A DNA stretch of 64,000 nt, taken from Escherichia phage vB_Eco_F22. Each line of letters opens with the position of its first letter. The stretch's first letter is position 1. The stretch lies in sequence record OP870143.1; one strand, written 5' to 3'. Position numbers and translations under genes: made by a program. Under the pieces are notes generated by a model. It ran no database searches. It was not told where the DNA came from and saw only the letters and a program-made list of their open reading frames with translations. Of the stretch, positions 16,410 through 27,063 are shown piece by piece.

Positions 16410-18974
16410 ATGTTAGTTGCAGATACTAATCAATCAGCCACTTCAGCGACACTGGGTGGCAAAGAAGCAATCGCCTTTGGCATCTCTGATGACCCGGCAT
16501 TCTTTCACGTATTAAGTACTTCCTTGTATAACAACCCTACTCTGGCAGTAGTCCGTGAGACTATCTGTAACAGTTGGGATGCCCACATTGAAACAGGTAA
16601 GACTGATACACCTATCCGTATTACCATTGATACTGACAACTTTATTACCTTCCGTGACTTTGGTAACGGAATCCCGGATGAACTCATTGGTTCCATTTAC
16701 GGTGTCTATGGTGCATCCACTAAGAAGTCCAACAGCAGTGTTACTGGTGGCTTTGGTCTGGGATGTAAATCCCCATTCGCTTATACAGATAGCTTCCAGG
16801 TTACTTCATGGAACCAAGGAAAGATGTCTGTGTATAACGTAGCTAAGGCTGCAATTGAGAATGATGGTAAACCAGGTATTGTTCCTATTGTTACTGGTAT
16901 TCCTACTGAGGAATCTGGTCTGGAAGTTAAATTCCAGTTAGGTAAGCACGACGTAAATACCTTTGTGCATTACATCACATCAATTGTGTTTAACGGTGAA
17001 ATTAAGGCCGAGCTTAGTCTTCCCAAATTAATTCGTGAAGAAACAGGTAATAGTATTCAACAAGGTGACTACACGCTACTGAATACATTAGGTATGTCAT
17101 TTGAACCTGGTTCGTATGATATGTCTGATAGCTGGTATCAAAGCTATATGGGTAGCAGTAACATCTTTGTTCGTTACGGTAACGTAATGTACCCAATAGT
17201 ATCCAGCCCAGCTAGTGAAGAAGCTGTAGGTCTTATTCTCAACTTCATGAATATTATTGGTGCTGACACTTTAGTAGTTCAGGCTGCACCAGATACCTTA
17301 GCTATTGCCCCTAGTCGTGAAACCCTGTCTAACCAGAAGCTAACTGACGATGGTATTACTGCTCTATGTGTAGATTTAGTAGACCGTATGGAGAAAGAGA
17401 TTAAGGCTAAGATTCCTGAAGCTATTAAGCAGATTGAAGAATACGCCTCTGAATCTTCTACTCAATATTGGGAATACCCATCTTTCCTGGGTGCTGTTAC
17501 AGATAGAACTGTTCAACGCTATATGTCCTCCAGTTTGTGGGCTAAGCAACGTAAGCATCATATTAAGCACTGGCGTAATCTATCCAATAAGGCATTACTA
17601 GCTCGCCCTGAGTATGCAGGTCTTAAAAAACTGTATAGTAAAGCTATGAGTGCTCTTAAGGATACTCGTGCAGATGGTACAAGATACCCATTCCAGGAAT
17701 TAGTATACCGGCATCTGCACTTACCTCAGCTTGCTGCTTTAAAAGCCACTGGTATTAAGTGGTCTGGTTACATAATGAACCAAGGTTATAGTGTTGACCT
17801 GGTGAAAGGTAAACTTACTGACTACTTTAAGATAGGTTATAACTCCCATCTAGGTATTGGTATTTTCACTACTAAGAACGTTGTAGTTACTCGACGTTTA
17901 TCTGATTGTGCAGACTCTTTCTCATACTTCCCTGAATACAACCGGGGTGACCTGGAGCGTACAGCTTTTGTTCACGTCGTTGGTCCTAAGAAGGGTGAAG
18001 CAGAAAAAGCTGTAGCAAAGTTCACTGCTATGGGTTATCGGGTAATTGACCTTACTCAATATAATGAGTGGGACAAGCCAACTAACTTCCGTAGAGAACA
18101 GGCTAAGATAGCTGCCGAGAAGCGTGCTAAGACAATAGCTGCCAATAAAACCAAAGCAGGAGGTAAAACTAATGCACTGGTTTCATTGAATGCTGTACTA
18201 GGTATTATTCGTGAACGAAATATGAGTGGTGATTGGGAATCCAGGCCATATATTCAGGGGGAGTTTGCTGACCCAATCTACCATGAGAAGTCTGGTTTTG
18301 TTGAAGTAGAACTGCCCAAGTACTACGTACCAGCCAATCAGGTTGGTTCTGGTAGACCAGAAACTGCCAAGATAGGAACCATGTGGAAATGGTATGAACT
18401 GTCCGATGAGATGAAAGCAGAAACTGTTGTCTGTCGTAATCAAATCGAAGTTAACAAGGCCAAACGTCGTGGTGCTATTCACATTGACGATATTCGTCTT
18501 AATGAACTGATGTCTGTTATTACCAGTAAGGGATTCAAGAAGTATGTCACTGAACAGCGTATCGGTGTTCTGGAATATGTAGGACTGGATGACAGAGAAT
18601 ACTGGGAAATTCTCGACATTCTGGGACTAACATTCAAACCATTACAGAATCTGGTTCTTAAACCAGAGTATGAATGGGCGTGTGACTTCCTAAGAAACCA
18701 TCCACGTAACAAAGAGAGACTTATTGAGATGGGCCTCATTAAGTCAGTAGACGACTTAGAGCCATATGTAAGGATGGTTAATCCCCGTATGCACAAGCAT
18801 TACGAAGTACTTAAAAAGTACAAAGAACTATTCTGTTATAGCTGGGGTGCTGGTGACATCCTACAGAGCCTGGACTTGGGTAATTTAGTTAAACATCTCA
18901 AGAAGAATCCAGAGGATATTCCTGGGTTTAAGCCCCTCTACCATAATCGTCTAAATAAACTGAAAGGTAAATAA
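16410..18974 (+). CDS. rIIA: GHKL-family ATPase, rIIA-like protein
   Basis: ETICNSWDAH (N-box), FRDFGNGIP (G1), GGFGLGCKS (G2) in the N-terminal region; 854 aa. Confidence 0.55.
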   Translation: MLVADTNQSATSATLGGKEAIAFGISDDPAFFHVLSTSLYNNPTLAVVRETICNSWDAHIETGKTDTPIRITIDTDNFITFRDFGNGIPDELIGSIYGVYGASTKKSNSSVTGGFGLGCKSPFAYTDSFQVTSWNQGKMSVYNVAKAAIENDGKPGIVPIVTGIPTEESGLEVKFQLGKHDVNTFVHYITSIVFNGEIKAELSLPKLIREETGNSIQQGDYTLLNTLGMSFEPGSYDMSDSWYQSYMGSSNIFVRYGNVMYPIVSSPASEEAVGLILNFMNIIGADTLVVQAAPDTLAIAPSRETLSNQKLTDDGITALCVDLVDRMEKEIKAKIPEAIKQIEEYASESSTQYWEYPSFLGAVTDRTVQRYMSSSLWAKQRKHHIKHWRNLSNKALLARPEYAGLKKLYSKAMSALKDTRADGTRYPFQELVYRHLHLPQLAALKATGIKWSGYIMNQGYSVDLVKGKLTDYFKIGYNSHLGIGIFTTKNVVVTRRLSDCADSFSYFPEYNRGDLERTAFVHVVGPKKGEAEKAVAKFTAMGYRVIDLTQYNEWDKPTNFRREQAKIAAEKRAKTIAANKTKAGGKTNALVSLNAVLGIIRERNMSGDWESRPYIQGEFADPIYHEKSGFVEVELPKYYVPANQVGSGRPETAKIGTMWKWYELSDEMKAETVVCRNQIEVNKAKRRGAIHIDDIRLNELMSVITSKGFKKYVTEQRIGVLEYVGLDDREYWEILDILGLTFKPLQNLVLKPEYEWACDFLRNHPRNKERLIEMGLIKSVDDLEPYVRMVNPRMHKHYEVLKKYKELFCYSWGAGDILQSLDLGNLVKHLKKNPEDIPGFKPLYHNRLNKLKGK

Positions 18975-18978
18975 TCTG

Positions 18979-21024
18979 ATGAAAATCGAATTGATTTCTA
19001 TCATCGCACTGGCAGTTGACAGTCGAAACCTCACACTGTGGAAGCCAGATGGCTCCACGGTTGTATATCCACAGAGTGACCCACGGGTTGCTCGTATTGT
19101 ATCTGAAGCACAGACTAAAGGTCTGGGCACTATCCATGACCAAATAGAAGTAAACATTGCACCAGAAGTAGAGTTACGTATTGAATATCTGGAAGCAGAG
19201 AAGAACACCAACGGATTCGTCCGTTTCTTCAAGGTAGCTAAGGCTAAGCTAAAAGAGTTCTTCGAGGACGGTACAAGTAACCAGCCAGCTCGTATCATTT
19301 CAGATATTAAGCTGGGTAATCCTATTAAGACATTAGTATCTAAAGCTATGGATACCTTCCTGGCTGTTCAGGCTAATGAACCAGAAGTAACAGTAGCAGA
19401 TGGTTGCTATGACAAACGTGACAATCTGATGTGGGTTACTGGTTGGGACAAAGACCATAACCATCTTGCACTGGTTCGTTTTATTAACGACGTACTGGGT
19501 TGGGGTTATGACCATACTAATCGCATCCTTGCACGGGAATGGCCTATTGCAATTCGTGCGGTATCCGATGATGAAATGGGTGAGTTTGCTAAACAAGCTC
19601 AGAATATCAAAGGCGTACACGTTGTATTTACCAATCGTGAAGAAACACCACTGCCTTATGTGGAAGTGGTTAAAACTACTAACCAGGATAAGCTGGCTGC
19701 TGCTTCAGAGAAGCTGGCTGCATTAGGTGCTATCAGTACTGATGATGCTAACTTCCACACTGATGTGAAGGAAGATGAGGTAGTTGTTGCTGTTACCAAC
19801 AATGGGGTTATCCCTGGGGTTGAGAACCTGCAACGTCACCTGCGTCAGTCTGCCAAGCTGAAAGACTACAAGGGCTTTACCAAGTTCCTTGAGCGTCTGG
19901 CCCCGGTTATTAAAGACCGTCTGCACTCAGTGGAAGACCTGATGAAGTTCATGGAAACTGCTGAACTGCCTATCGCTGATGATGGCTCCATCCTGTTCCT
20001 GAAACGACTTAAGTTCAGGAGTACAGAAGATGGTAAACGTGTATTCGTTGACTGTCACTCAGGCAACATCCGTCAGTGGGTAGGCTGTAAAGTACAGGTA
20101 CGAGAAGACCTGGTAGACCCTGACCGTCGTCAGGACTGCTCCAATGGTCTGCACGTAGCATCCATGAGTTACATCCGTACCTTCGGCGGTAACGTAACTA
20201 TCCTTGGTAAAGTAGCACCAGAAGATGTATTTGCTGTTCCTGAGTACAACACTAATAAGATGCGTGTAGCTGCGTATCACATTATTGCTGAACTACCAGA
20301 AGAAGAACGTTGCAACGTTAACAATGGCATCTATCTGTCTAAGACAGAAGTAGGTAAGAAGTTACTTAATGATGCCATCGTTGGGAACCATAGCTCACCT
20401 ACCACACTTGTTATGGTTGGTGGTCACTATGGTACTAACCTCAAATACACTAATCTCTCATCTGGTTTTGTAGAACAATTCCGTACAGTTGCTAATAAAG
20501 AAGCACTGAATATGGAAGAGTCACTGAATGAAGCTGTAGCCGCTGAACCAGTGAAGGCTACTGACCTTAAACCTGTTGTTAAGAAGGCTCCAACTGTGAA
20601 AGAACAAATTCAGGAACTCCTTGGTGAGTTCTTATCTGCATCTACTATGGAAGATAAGTTAGCTGCTGCTGACTTATTGGTAGAGTTACGTGGCAAAGCT
20701 CGTAAGCCTTGGGCTGCTCTAGGTGTTTGTAGTTCTGCTGTAGATGCTATTGCTGCTGTACGTAGTACTCGTATTCCTGTTCCAAAGCCTGAACCAGTGA
20801 AGAAAGCTAAGGCTGTCCGTTCGGCTGCTGCTACTAAAGTAGCTCCGTCCGGTAAACACGCTGATAACCTGCGTAGCATCCTGAACGATACGTCATATTC
20901 TGACTATCAGAAAGGCCATGCTCTGCAAGACTATAAGCGTCATGCTAAGAAGTCGTTCACTGCAATGGGTCTGACTGAAGAAGAAGCTAACTTAGCTACC
21001 AAACTGGTCAAAGCTGCTAAGTAA
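18979..21024 (+). CDS. Hypothetical protein, possible rIIB-like partner (681 aa, Ala/Lys-rich C-terminus)
   Basis: Large ORF immediately downstream of the rIIA-like gene; no motif verified. Confidence 0.35.
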   Translation: MKIELISIIALAVDSRNLTLWKPDGSTVVYPQSDPRVARIVSEAQTKGLGTIHDQIEVNIAPEVELRIEYLEAEKNTNGFVRFFKVAKAKLKEFFEDGTSNQPARIISDIKLGNPIKTLVSKAMDTFLAVQANEPEVTVADGCYDKRDNLMWVTGWDKDHNHLALVRFINDVLGWGYDHTNRILAREWPIAIRAVSDDEMGEFAKQAQNIKGVHVVFTNREETPLPYVEVVKTTNQDKLAAASEKLAALGAISTDDANFHTDVKEDEVVVAVTNNGVIPGVENLQRHLRQSAKLKDYKGFTKFLERLAPVIKDRLHSVEDLMKFMETAELPIADDGSILFLKRLKFRSTEDGKRVFVDCHSGNIRQWVGCKVQVREDLVDPDRRQDCSNGLHVASMSYIRTFGGNVTILGKVAPEDVFAVPEYNTNKMRVAAYHIIAELPEEERCNVNNGIYLSKTEVGKKLLNDAIVGNHSSPTTLVMVGGHYGTNLKYTNLSSGFVEQFRTVANKEALNMEESLNEAVAAEPVKATDLKPVVKKAPTVKEQIQELLGEFLSASTMEDKLAAADLLVELRGKARKPWAALGVCSSAVDAIAAVRSTRIPVPKPEPVKKAKAVRSAAATKVAPSGKHADNLRSILNDTSYSDYQKGHALQDYKRHAKKSFTAMGLTEEEANLATKLVKAAK

Positions 21025-21086
21025 TAGCCTGTTCAAATGCCCTCACTTATAATAAAGTGAGGGTAAATTTGAAGAGGAAATGTACT

Positions 21087-21482
21087 ATGAGTAGTGTATA
21101 TCGTGTAAACCGTAAGGCTACTGATGAAGACATCATTCGAATGAATGCTGTTGGATTGTCTCTGGCAACCATTGCTAAAACATTGGGTGTTCACCCAACA
21201 ACCGTGACCTTACGGTTACGTTCTTTAAACATTGAACCAGCCGACACACGTCGGACGTTCATGGAGAATGTACTCCGTCCATTACCAACCCATGTGGCAG
21301 ATTGGCTATCAGAACAAGTTGGTCCTGCTTATGAGATTCGTTCATATGTAAGGGACTTGATTCTGGAGGCATATAATAATCGCCACCTTAACCAAGAGAG
21401 TGAGCATGACAAGTTCATCCGTTTGTACGCTGGAAAGAACCGAAGCCTGGTTCAAGAAAGCAGTACCGAATCCGACGAGTAA
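21087..21482 (+). CDS. Putative HTH DNA-binding protein (track ORF 21057..21482)
   Basis: LSLATIAKTLGVHPTTV helix-turn-helix-like segment; GAGGAA RBS before ATG 21087. Confidence 0.45.
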   Translation: MSSVYRVNRKATDEDIIRMNAVGLSLATIAKTLGVHPTTVTLRLRSLNIEPADTRRTFMENVLRPLPTHVADWLSEQVGPAYEIRSYVRDLILEAYNNRHLNQESEHDKFIRLYAGKNRSLVQESSTESDE

Positions 21483-21858
21483 GAACATTAGTACCCAGGT
21501 GGGCTGTCACCTGGAAGAAGTAGCAGAGATGCTTAATGCCCTCACTAACGCTGACCCAGAGTTAGCTAGTAAGATGGGCTTCCTAAGTGAAGCCATTGAC
21601 CACGTAGGTAACCTCATCAAAAAGAATGGGGGTATTGTGGTCAAAGACCGTGTGGAACTGTTGGATGCTCTGGCTGATCAGATTGTTACAGCAACTGGCA
21701 TCGGTACTTTCCTTGGGATGAATGTCCCTGGAGCATTGGCTGAAGTCAATCGCTCAAACTATTCTAAGTTCGAAGATGGAGAACCCATCTTCAATGAGAA
21801 CAAGAAAGTCATGAAGGGGAAAGACTATACGCCACCAGACCTGAGTAAATTTATCTGA
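21400..21858 (+). CDS. MazG-like NTP pyrophosphohydrolase candidate (start uncertain; overlaps upstream gene by 83 nt)
   Basis: HLEEVAEM and ELLDALADQIVTATGIG resemble MazG EExxE and helix motifs. Confidence 0.4.
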   Translation: MSMTSSSVCTLERTEAWFKKAVPNPTSKNISTQVGCHLEEVAEMLNALTNADPELASKMGFLSEAIDHVGNLIKKNGGIVVKDRVELLDALADQIVTATGIGTFLGMNVPGALAEVNRSNYSKFEDGEPIFNENKKVMKGKDYTPPDLSKFI

Positions 21859-21865
21859 GGTATAT

Positions 21866-21997
21866 ATGACTGAAGATTTTCTGGCATGGTTTGATAAGAA
21901 TTTCCCTGTACATCTTTGGCCTTCCGAAGAAGAACGAGAGGAAATTAAAACATACACATGGCTCGCTTGGCGTGATGCTAAAAGAGTAAATATTTAA
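21866..21997 (+). CDS. Possible small protein (43 aa)
   Basis: ATG with GAGG RBS; ends before terminator at 22001; not in the ORF track. Confidence 0.25.
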   Translation: MTEDFLAWFDKNFPVHLWPSEEEREEIKTYTWLAWRDAKRVNI

Positions 21998-22000
21998 AAA

Positions 22001-22024
22001 TAACCCTCTACGGAGGGTTTTTTA
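22001..22024 (+). terminator. Intrinsic terminator upstream of the helicase gene
   Basis: Hairpin AACCCTC-TACG-GAGGGTT followed by TTTTTAC. Confidence 0.7.
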
Positions 22025-22036
22025 CTGGAGATTTAA

Positions 22037-23347
22037 ATGTTTTCCAAACCTACCAAAGCCCCATTGAACCAGGGGCAAGAAGCGGTTGCGAAGGAGTTCT
22101 TCGACTTCCTGCTCGACCCTAATGCCACAGAGTTCGGAATCAGTGGACCTGGAGGAACTGGTAAGACATTCCTGATGTCGCACCTTATTGATGACACTAT
22201 GCCTGCATATATGGAAACCTGTTCTTTGATGGGAACCAAGCCTCTGTATAACGAAGTTGTCATGACTGCGACCACGAACAAAGCTGCTGAAGTTCTGGCT
22301 CAGGCTACTGGACGACCAACCTCTACCTATCATTCCTTCCAGGGACTGATTGTTAAGAATGACTTTAAGACTGGTGAAGCTAATGTCGTACCGTCTAAGT
22401 CATTCACTATTAAGAAGAACAAAATTATCTTCGTAGATGAAGCATCCATGATTGACCGTCAGTTACTTAAGTATGCTCGTGAAGGTACTCACCAGTGCAA
22501 ACTGGTATTCGTAGGTGATGCTTCTCAGCTTCTGCCTGTTAAAGAGAGTAAGTCTCCAGTGTACGCAGGTAATATCCCAACACACTATCTGACTGAACAG
22601 ATGCGTACCGATACACCAGAACTCAAAACATTGCACCAGCAATTGCGTGATACGGTGGAAGGTAAGACAGGCTTCCTACCTATTAAATGTATTCCAGGTA
22701 TCATTGACTGGGTGCAGGGGGAAGAGATGGAGAAACTGGTTCTCAGTCACTTCACTCAGCCCACCAATAGCCGTATTGTTGCTTACACAAATGACCAGGT
22801 TATTAATTACAATAACTACATTCGTGAAGCTAATGGATATGTGGGTGAATACTCCATCGGTGAACAGCTTGTTTCTAACTCAGCCGTTCGCTTAGGCGTG
22901 GATGACCGTCTGTCTATCGAGCAGGACGTAAAACTCATTGACCAGGATAGCAGTACTCGCATGATTAAGGTTACAGGTGACCTGGAACTGGAAGTTCGTG
23001 ATAGTACTCTTGACCTTGGCTATGGTGGTATTGTTAGTGAAGTACCGGTTCCTACCGACCCAGACTACTTCAACCGTTTGGTTAAGTGGTTAGGTAAAGA
23101 GAAGAACTGGGAACCTTATTTCCGTCTTAAAGAAACCATTCCAGACCTTCGTGCTACTCATGCATGTACTGTTCATAAATCACAAGGCTCTACTTACGAC
23201 ACAATCTTTATTGATGCAAATGACCTCTCAAGCTGTCGCCAACCTGATATGGTTGCCCGTCTGCTTTACGTCGCTGTGTCTCGTGCTCGTAAGCGTGTAG
23301 TGTTCTATGGCAATCTTGCCAGTAAGTATGGTGGTCTAACTTTCTAA
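22037..23347 (+). CDS. SF1 DNA helicase, Dda/RecD-like
   Basis: Walker A GPGGTGKTF, Walker B VDEASMI, and HKSQGSTYD motif characteristic of RecD/Dda helicases. Confidence 0.75.
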   Translation: MFSKPTKAPLNQGQEAVAKEFFDFLLDPNATEFGISGPGGTGKTFLMSHLIDDTMPAYMETCSLMGTKPLYNEVVMTATTNKAAEVLAQATGRPTSTYHSFQGLIVKNDFKTGEANVVPSKSFTIKKNKIIFVDEASMIDRQLLKYAREGTHQCKLVFVGDASQLLPVKESKSPVYAGNIPTHYLTEQMRTDTPELKTLHQQLRDTVEGKTGFLPIKCIPGIIDWVQGEEMEKLVLSHFTQPTNSRIVAYTNDQVINYNNYIREANGYVGEYSIGEQLVSNSAVRLGVDDRLSIEQDVKLIDQDSSTRMIKVTGDLELEVRDSTLDLGYGGIVSEVPVPTDPDYFNRLVKWLGKEKNWEPYFRLKETIPDLRATHACTVHKSQGSTYDTIFIDANDLSSCRQPDMVARLLYVAVSRARKRVVFYGNLASKYGGLTF

Positions 23348-23357
23348 GGGAGGGTAT

Positions 23358-23888
23358 ATGCCTCAGATTGGTTCAGCGACTATTGGTCAGGTTGCCAATA
23401 GCAGTGAGATAGTCAAACACCTGTTCTTAGCAGAACTGGTTCGTCTTGATGGTGTGTTAAACGGTATCATTGATAAGAACGACCGTATCAATGGTGTAGA
23501 TGTATCGGCTGGATTCCTTCACCAAGGGGAGTTCTATCAGCGTTCTAACGCTACCAGACCTCCAACCTACGGTGAGCGATTAACACTTAATCCAGAACTT
23601 TGGCCTGCAATGGACAAGTATCTGAAAGCCTCCAGTCGTCTGATTATGGAAGTACACCTTGTGAACCAGACTGTATATCGACTGGTTCGCGGTTGTATGT
23701 CCTATCAGGATGTACGTGATGCTTTACCTGAATGTCTGGTAGCTCAGGACCAGACTGGTCAGTACAAAGGGCTACCACGTACTCGTGAAGCAGCTTGGAC
23801 TCTTGCTGGTGATGCTATGGCAATCAAACAGTATGAGAAGATTCTACCTTCTATTGAGTACTATGCAGCTTCACATCTGATCTTCTAA
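23358..23888 (+). CDS. Hypothetical protein (176 aa)
   Basis: ORF between the helicase and DNA polymerase genes. Confidence 0.5.
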   Translation: MPQIGSATIGQVANSSEIVKHLFLAELVRLDGVLNGIIDKNDRINGVDVSAGFLHQGEFYQRSNATRPPTYGERLTLNPELWPAMDKYLKASSRLIMEVHLVNQTVYRLVRGCMSYQDVRDALPECLVAQDQTGQYKGLPRTREAAWTLAGDAMAIKQYEKILPSIEYYAASHLIF

Positions 23889-23897
23889 GGTAAAGCT

Positions 23898-26477
23898 ATG
23901 CGTTACATCACCTCTCAGGATACTGGCAAGTATCCTATTGCTATCCTCGGTCATCAAATCCGAAGGGAGGAGATGATTAAAACCTACCTGCTGCCTTATG
24001 ACCTAAGCATGGAAGATTTCATCTTCCTTGAACTTCATTCTGCTCCCGGTAAGAAGAAGACTCCTGCAAGGGAGATTAAAGAGTTCATTCGGCAGGAACT
24101 ACAGCAAGTACTGGATGATGCAGAGACTCAGTACATTATATGTACCGATTCTGACTACTTTAAGATACTGACTAAAGAAGCTAAAGCAGAGGCTAACCTC
24201 GGCTATGTTTGTGACTCAGTATGGGGTAAGCAGAAGGTTATCTATACACCCAGTTACAGACAGGTCTTTTATGACCCACCTGTAGTGAAAGCCAAGATTG
24301 CTCAGGGTATGGATGCATTACTTAACCACATTCGTGGACAGTATGCTGAACCAGGACAGGGAATCATTGAGTTTGAAGCCTATCCAGATACGCCTGAAAA
24401 GATTAAAGCCTGGTTAGACCAGTTGCTTGAGATGAATAAGCCTCTGGCTATAGACATCGAATCCTTCGGTTTAAAGCACTATAACGCTGGTATAGGAACG
24501 ATTACGTTCTGTTGGAGTAAGACACAAGGCATAGCCTTTAATGTGGACTACGAGCCGATTAAGGGGGCTACTGAAGCTCCTTATGGGCGTATCAACAGGA
24601 ACGATGTTGTTCGTAACCTATTACGTGAGTTCTTCATTAAGTACACACAGCGGCAGATGTATCACAACATTAGCTATGACGTGTACATACTTATCTATCA
24701 GTTATTCATGGATAATCTGATTGATACGGAGGGCTTACTGCATGGCATGGAAATCATGCTGCGTAACTGGGACTGTACTAAGTTAATCACATATCTGGCT
24801 ACTAACAGTTGTGCTGGCAATCACCTTAGTCTTAAAGACCAGGCTCAGGAGTATGCTGGTAACTATGCTCAGGATGATATTAAAGACATTCGTCTTATTC
24901 CTAATGAGCAATTGTTACGCTACAACCTCATTGATGGTTTGTGTACCTGGTACACCTATGAGAAGCACTGGGATACTCTCATTGCTGATGACCAACTAGA
25001 TGTTTACAACAACATCTTTAAGCCAGCCTGCGAAGATATTATCCAGATGCAACTTACCGGTATGCCCATGAATATGGATACCGTTAACCAAGTAGCTAAG
25101 GAGATGGAAACTGACAGGAACCAGGCTCTGAAAACTATTCGTGAGTCTAAGCTCATGAAGAATTTCACACTGATGCTTCGTCAGGAATGGGTAGACGATA
25201 AGAATGCTAAGCTTAAGAAGAAGCAGGTAACATTGGCTGACTGTGACATTGAGTTTAATCCTAACTCCGGTCCACAATTACAGAAACTGTTATTTGATTA
25301 TATTGGCTTACCGGTTCTTAGCCTTACTAAGAGCAAGCAACCTGCTACTGACGGCGACACTATTAAAGCACTGCGTACACATACGCAGAGTGAAGATGTT
25401 AAGGAACTGCTCAATGCACTTATCGACTATAAACTCGTGGATAAGATTATCACTAGTTTTATACCAGCTTTCAGGAATGCCCAACCGGGGCCAGATGGCT
25501 GGCACTACCTATTCGGCAACCTCAATCTGGGAGGCACAGTATCAGGACGTCTCTCAGCGTCTGAACCTAACCTACAGACCATCCCCAGTGGTTCCAAATA
25601 TGCCAAGAAGATTAAGAAATGCTTCGAAGCACCACCAGGCTGGATATTTTGTGGACTGGACTTTGCAAGCCTTGAAGACCGTATCTCAGCTTTAACTACG
25701 AAAGACCCTCAGAAACTTAAGGTGTATACCGATGGTTATGATGGGCATAGTCTACGTGCATATGCTTACTTCGGTGAGCAGATGCCAGACATTGTAGATA
25801 CAGTTGAGTCAATCAATTCTATTCAGACGAAGTACAAGCACTTGCGTAGTGATTCTAAAGCCCCAACCTTCTTGCTTACCTATGGTGGCACGTATATGGG
25901 CTTGATGAAAAACTGTGGCTTCTCGGAAGAGAAAGCTAAGACAACAGAGAAACGTTATCACGATCTCTATGTAGTTAGTGATATGTGGGTTCAGGCTAAG
26001 CTAGACGAAGCTGCCAAAACTGGTTATGTAACTGCTGCATTTGGTTTGAGAGTGCGTACTCCTTTACTGGCTCAGGTATTACGTGGGACATGTAAGACTC
26101 CATATGAAGCAGAAGCTGAAGGTAGAACTGCTGGTAATGCCTTGGGGCAAAGCTGGTGTCTACTGAATAACCGTGCTGGTTCAGAGTTTATGCGTAAAGT
26201 CAGAGCCAGTGAGTTCAGATTAGATATACGTCCTAGTATTCACATTCATGATGCTCAGTACTTCATGATTCGTGACAACATGGATACCTTGCAGTACACG
26301 AACAAGCATTTGGTTGAAGCCGTTAACTGGCAAGACCATCCTGATATTGCTCATCCAGAAGTTGGTTTGGGTGGGGAACTATCCTTGTTTTACCCAACGT
26401 GGGCTAACGAGATTGAGATTCCAAATCACGCTACCCCAGAAGAAGTTAATCAAATAATTCAAAAGGCATTCGCATGA
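23898..26477 (+). CDS. Family A (Pol I-type) DNA polymerase with 3'-5' exonuclease domain
   Basis: Exo motif LAIDIESFGL; polymerase motif A RLSASEPNLQTIP, motif B KAPTFLLTYGG, motif C HIHDAQ; 859 aa. Confidence 0.85.
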   Translation: MRYITSQDTGKYPIAILGHQIRREEMIKTYLLPYDLSMEDFIFLELHSAPGKKKTPAREIKEFIRQELQQVLDDAETQYIICTDSDYFKILTKEAKAEANLGYVCDSVWGKQKVIYTPSYRQVFYDPPVVKAKIAQGMDALLNHIRGQYAEPGQGIIEFEAYPDTPEKIKAWLDQLLEMNKPLAIDIESFGLKHYNAGIGTITFCWSKTQGIAFNVDYEPIKGATEAPYGRINRNDVVRNLLREFFIKYTQRQMYHNISYDVYILIYQLFMDNLIDTEGLLHGMEIMLRNWDCTKLITYLATNSCAGNHLSLKDQAQEYAGNYAQDDIKDIRLIPNEQLLRYNLIDGLCTWYTYEKHWDTLIADDQLDVYNNIFKPACEDIIQMQLTGMPMNMDTVNQVAKEMETDRNQALKTIRESKLMKNFTLMLRQEWVDDKNAKLKKKQVTLADCDIEFNPNSGPQLQKLLFDYIGLPVLSLTKSKQPATDGDTIKALRTHTQSEDVKELLNALIDYKLVDKIITSFIPAFRNAQPGPDGWHYLFGNLNLGGTVSGRLSASEPNLQTIPSGSKYAKKIKKCFEAPPGWIFCGLDFASLEDRISALTTKDPQKLKVYTDGYDGHSLRAYAYFGEQMPDIVDTVESINSIQTKYKHLRSDSKAPTFLLTYGGTYMGLMKNCGFSEEKAKTTEKRYHDLYVVSDMWVQAKLDEAAKTGYVTAAFGLRVRTPLLAQVLRGTCKTPYEAEAEGRTAGNALGQSWCLLNNRAGSEFMRKVRASEFRLDIRPSIHIHDAQYFMIRDNMDTLQYTNKHLVEAVNWQDHPDIAHPEVGLGGELSLFYPTWANEIEIPNHATPEEVNQIIQKAFA

Positions 26478-26779
26478 CTAAAAGTACTAAAGAAACCGTC
26501 GTCAAAAAATATCATTGGATGGTGGCAGCACAGGTAATCTTCCAGCTTCCTAAAGCTGAAGATGGTTCCCTGCTTACCATGAACACAATGCTGCTCACTG
26601 ACGAACCTCATGTGACTTATAAAGATTTGGCTCGTGTCAATCACTCCCTGAAGATTAGTCTGGACCAGCGTTTCGACACCTCGGTTGACCTGAAAGATAT
26701 TGTTTATCTGTCTCTTAGCAACCTGGGTCTGATGTCTGAACCAGAGTTCCAGGCAAACATGATTCCCAAGGGGGAATAA
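26474..26779 (+). CDS. Hypothetical protein (101 aa)
   Basis: ORF with ATGA overlap. Confidence 0.45.
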   Translation: MTKSTKETVVKKYHWMVAAQVIFQLPKAEDGSLLTMNTMLLTDEPHVTYKDLARVNHSLKISLDQRFDTSVDLKDIVYLSLSNLGLMSEPEFQANMIPKGE

Positions 26780-27063
26780 TGACTAAGCTCTCCGGTGGTC
26801 TTAATAACTACTATGTAGTTCCAATTAAGAATCCCCAACGGAAAGAGCAAGAGCCATATCAAGCAGAGTGTGAGGATATTATCCAAGCACTGGGCATGAC
26901 CTTCGATGAAGGTTGTGCCTTTAAAGCTCTATGGCGAAATGCTGCTGCCCGTATGGGTAATGGTAAACCAGGTAACTCTTCGGTGTACGACTCAGAGAAG
27001 ATTGTGCACTATGCCAATCGAATATTGAAAAAGGCTTATAATGAAGATAACCAACAATCATGA
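26779..27063 (+). CDS. Hypothetical protein (94 aa)
   Basis: ORF with ATGA overlap. Confidence 0.45.
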   Translation: MTKLSGGLNNYYVVPIKNPQRKEQEPYQAECEDIIQALGMTFDEGCAFKALWRNAAARMGNGKPGNSSVYDSEKIVHYANRILKKAYNEDNQQS

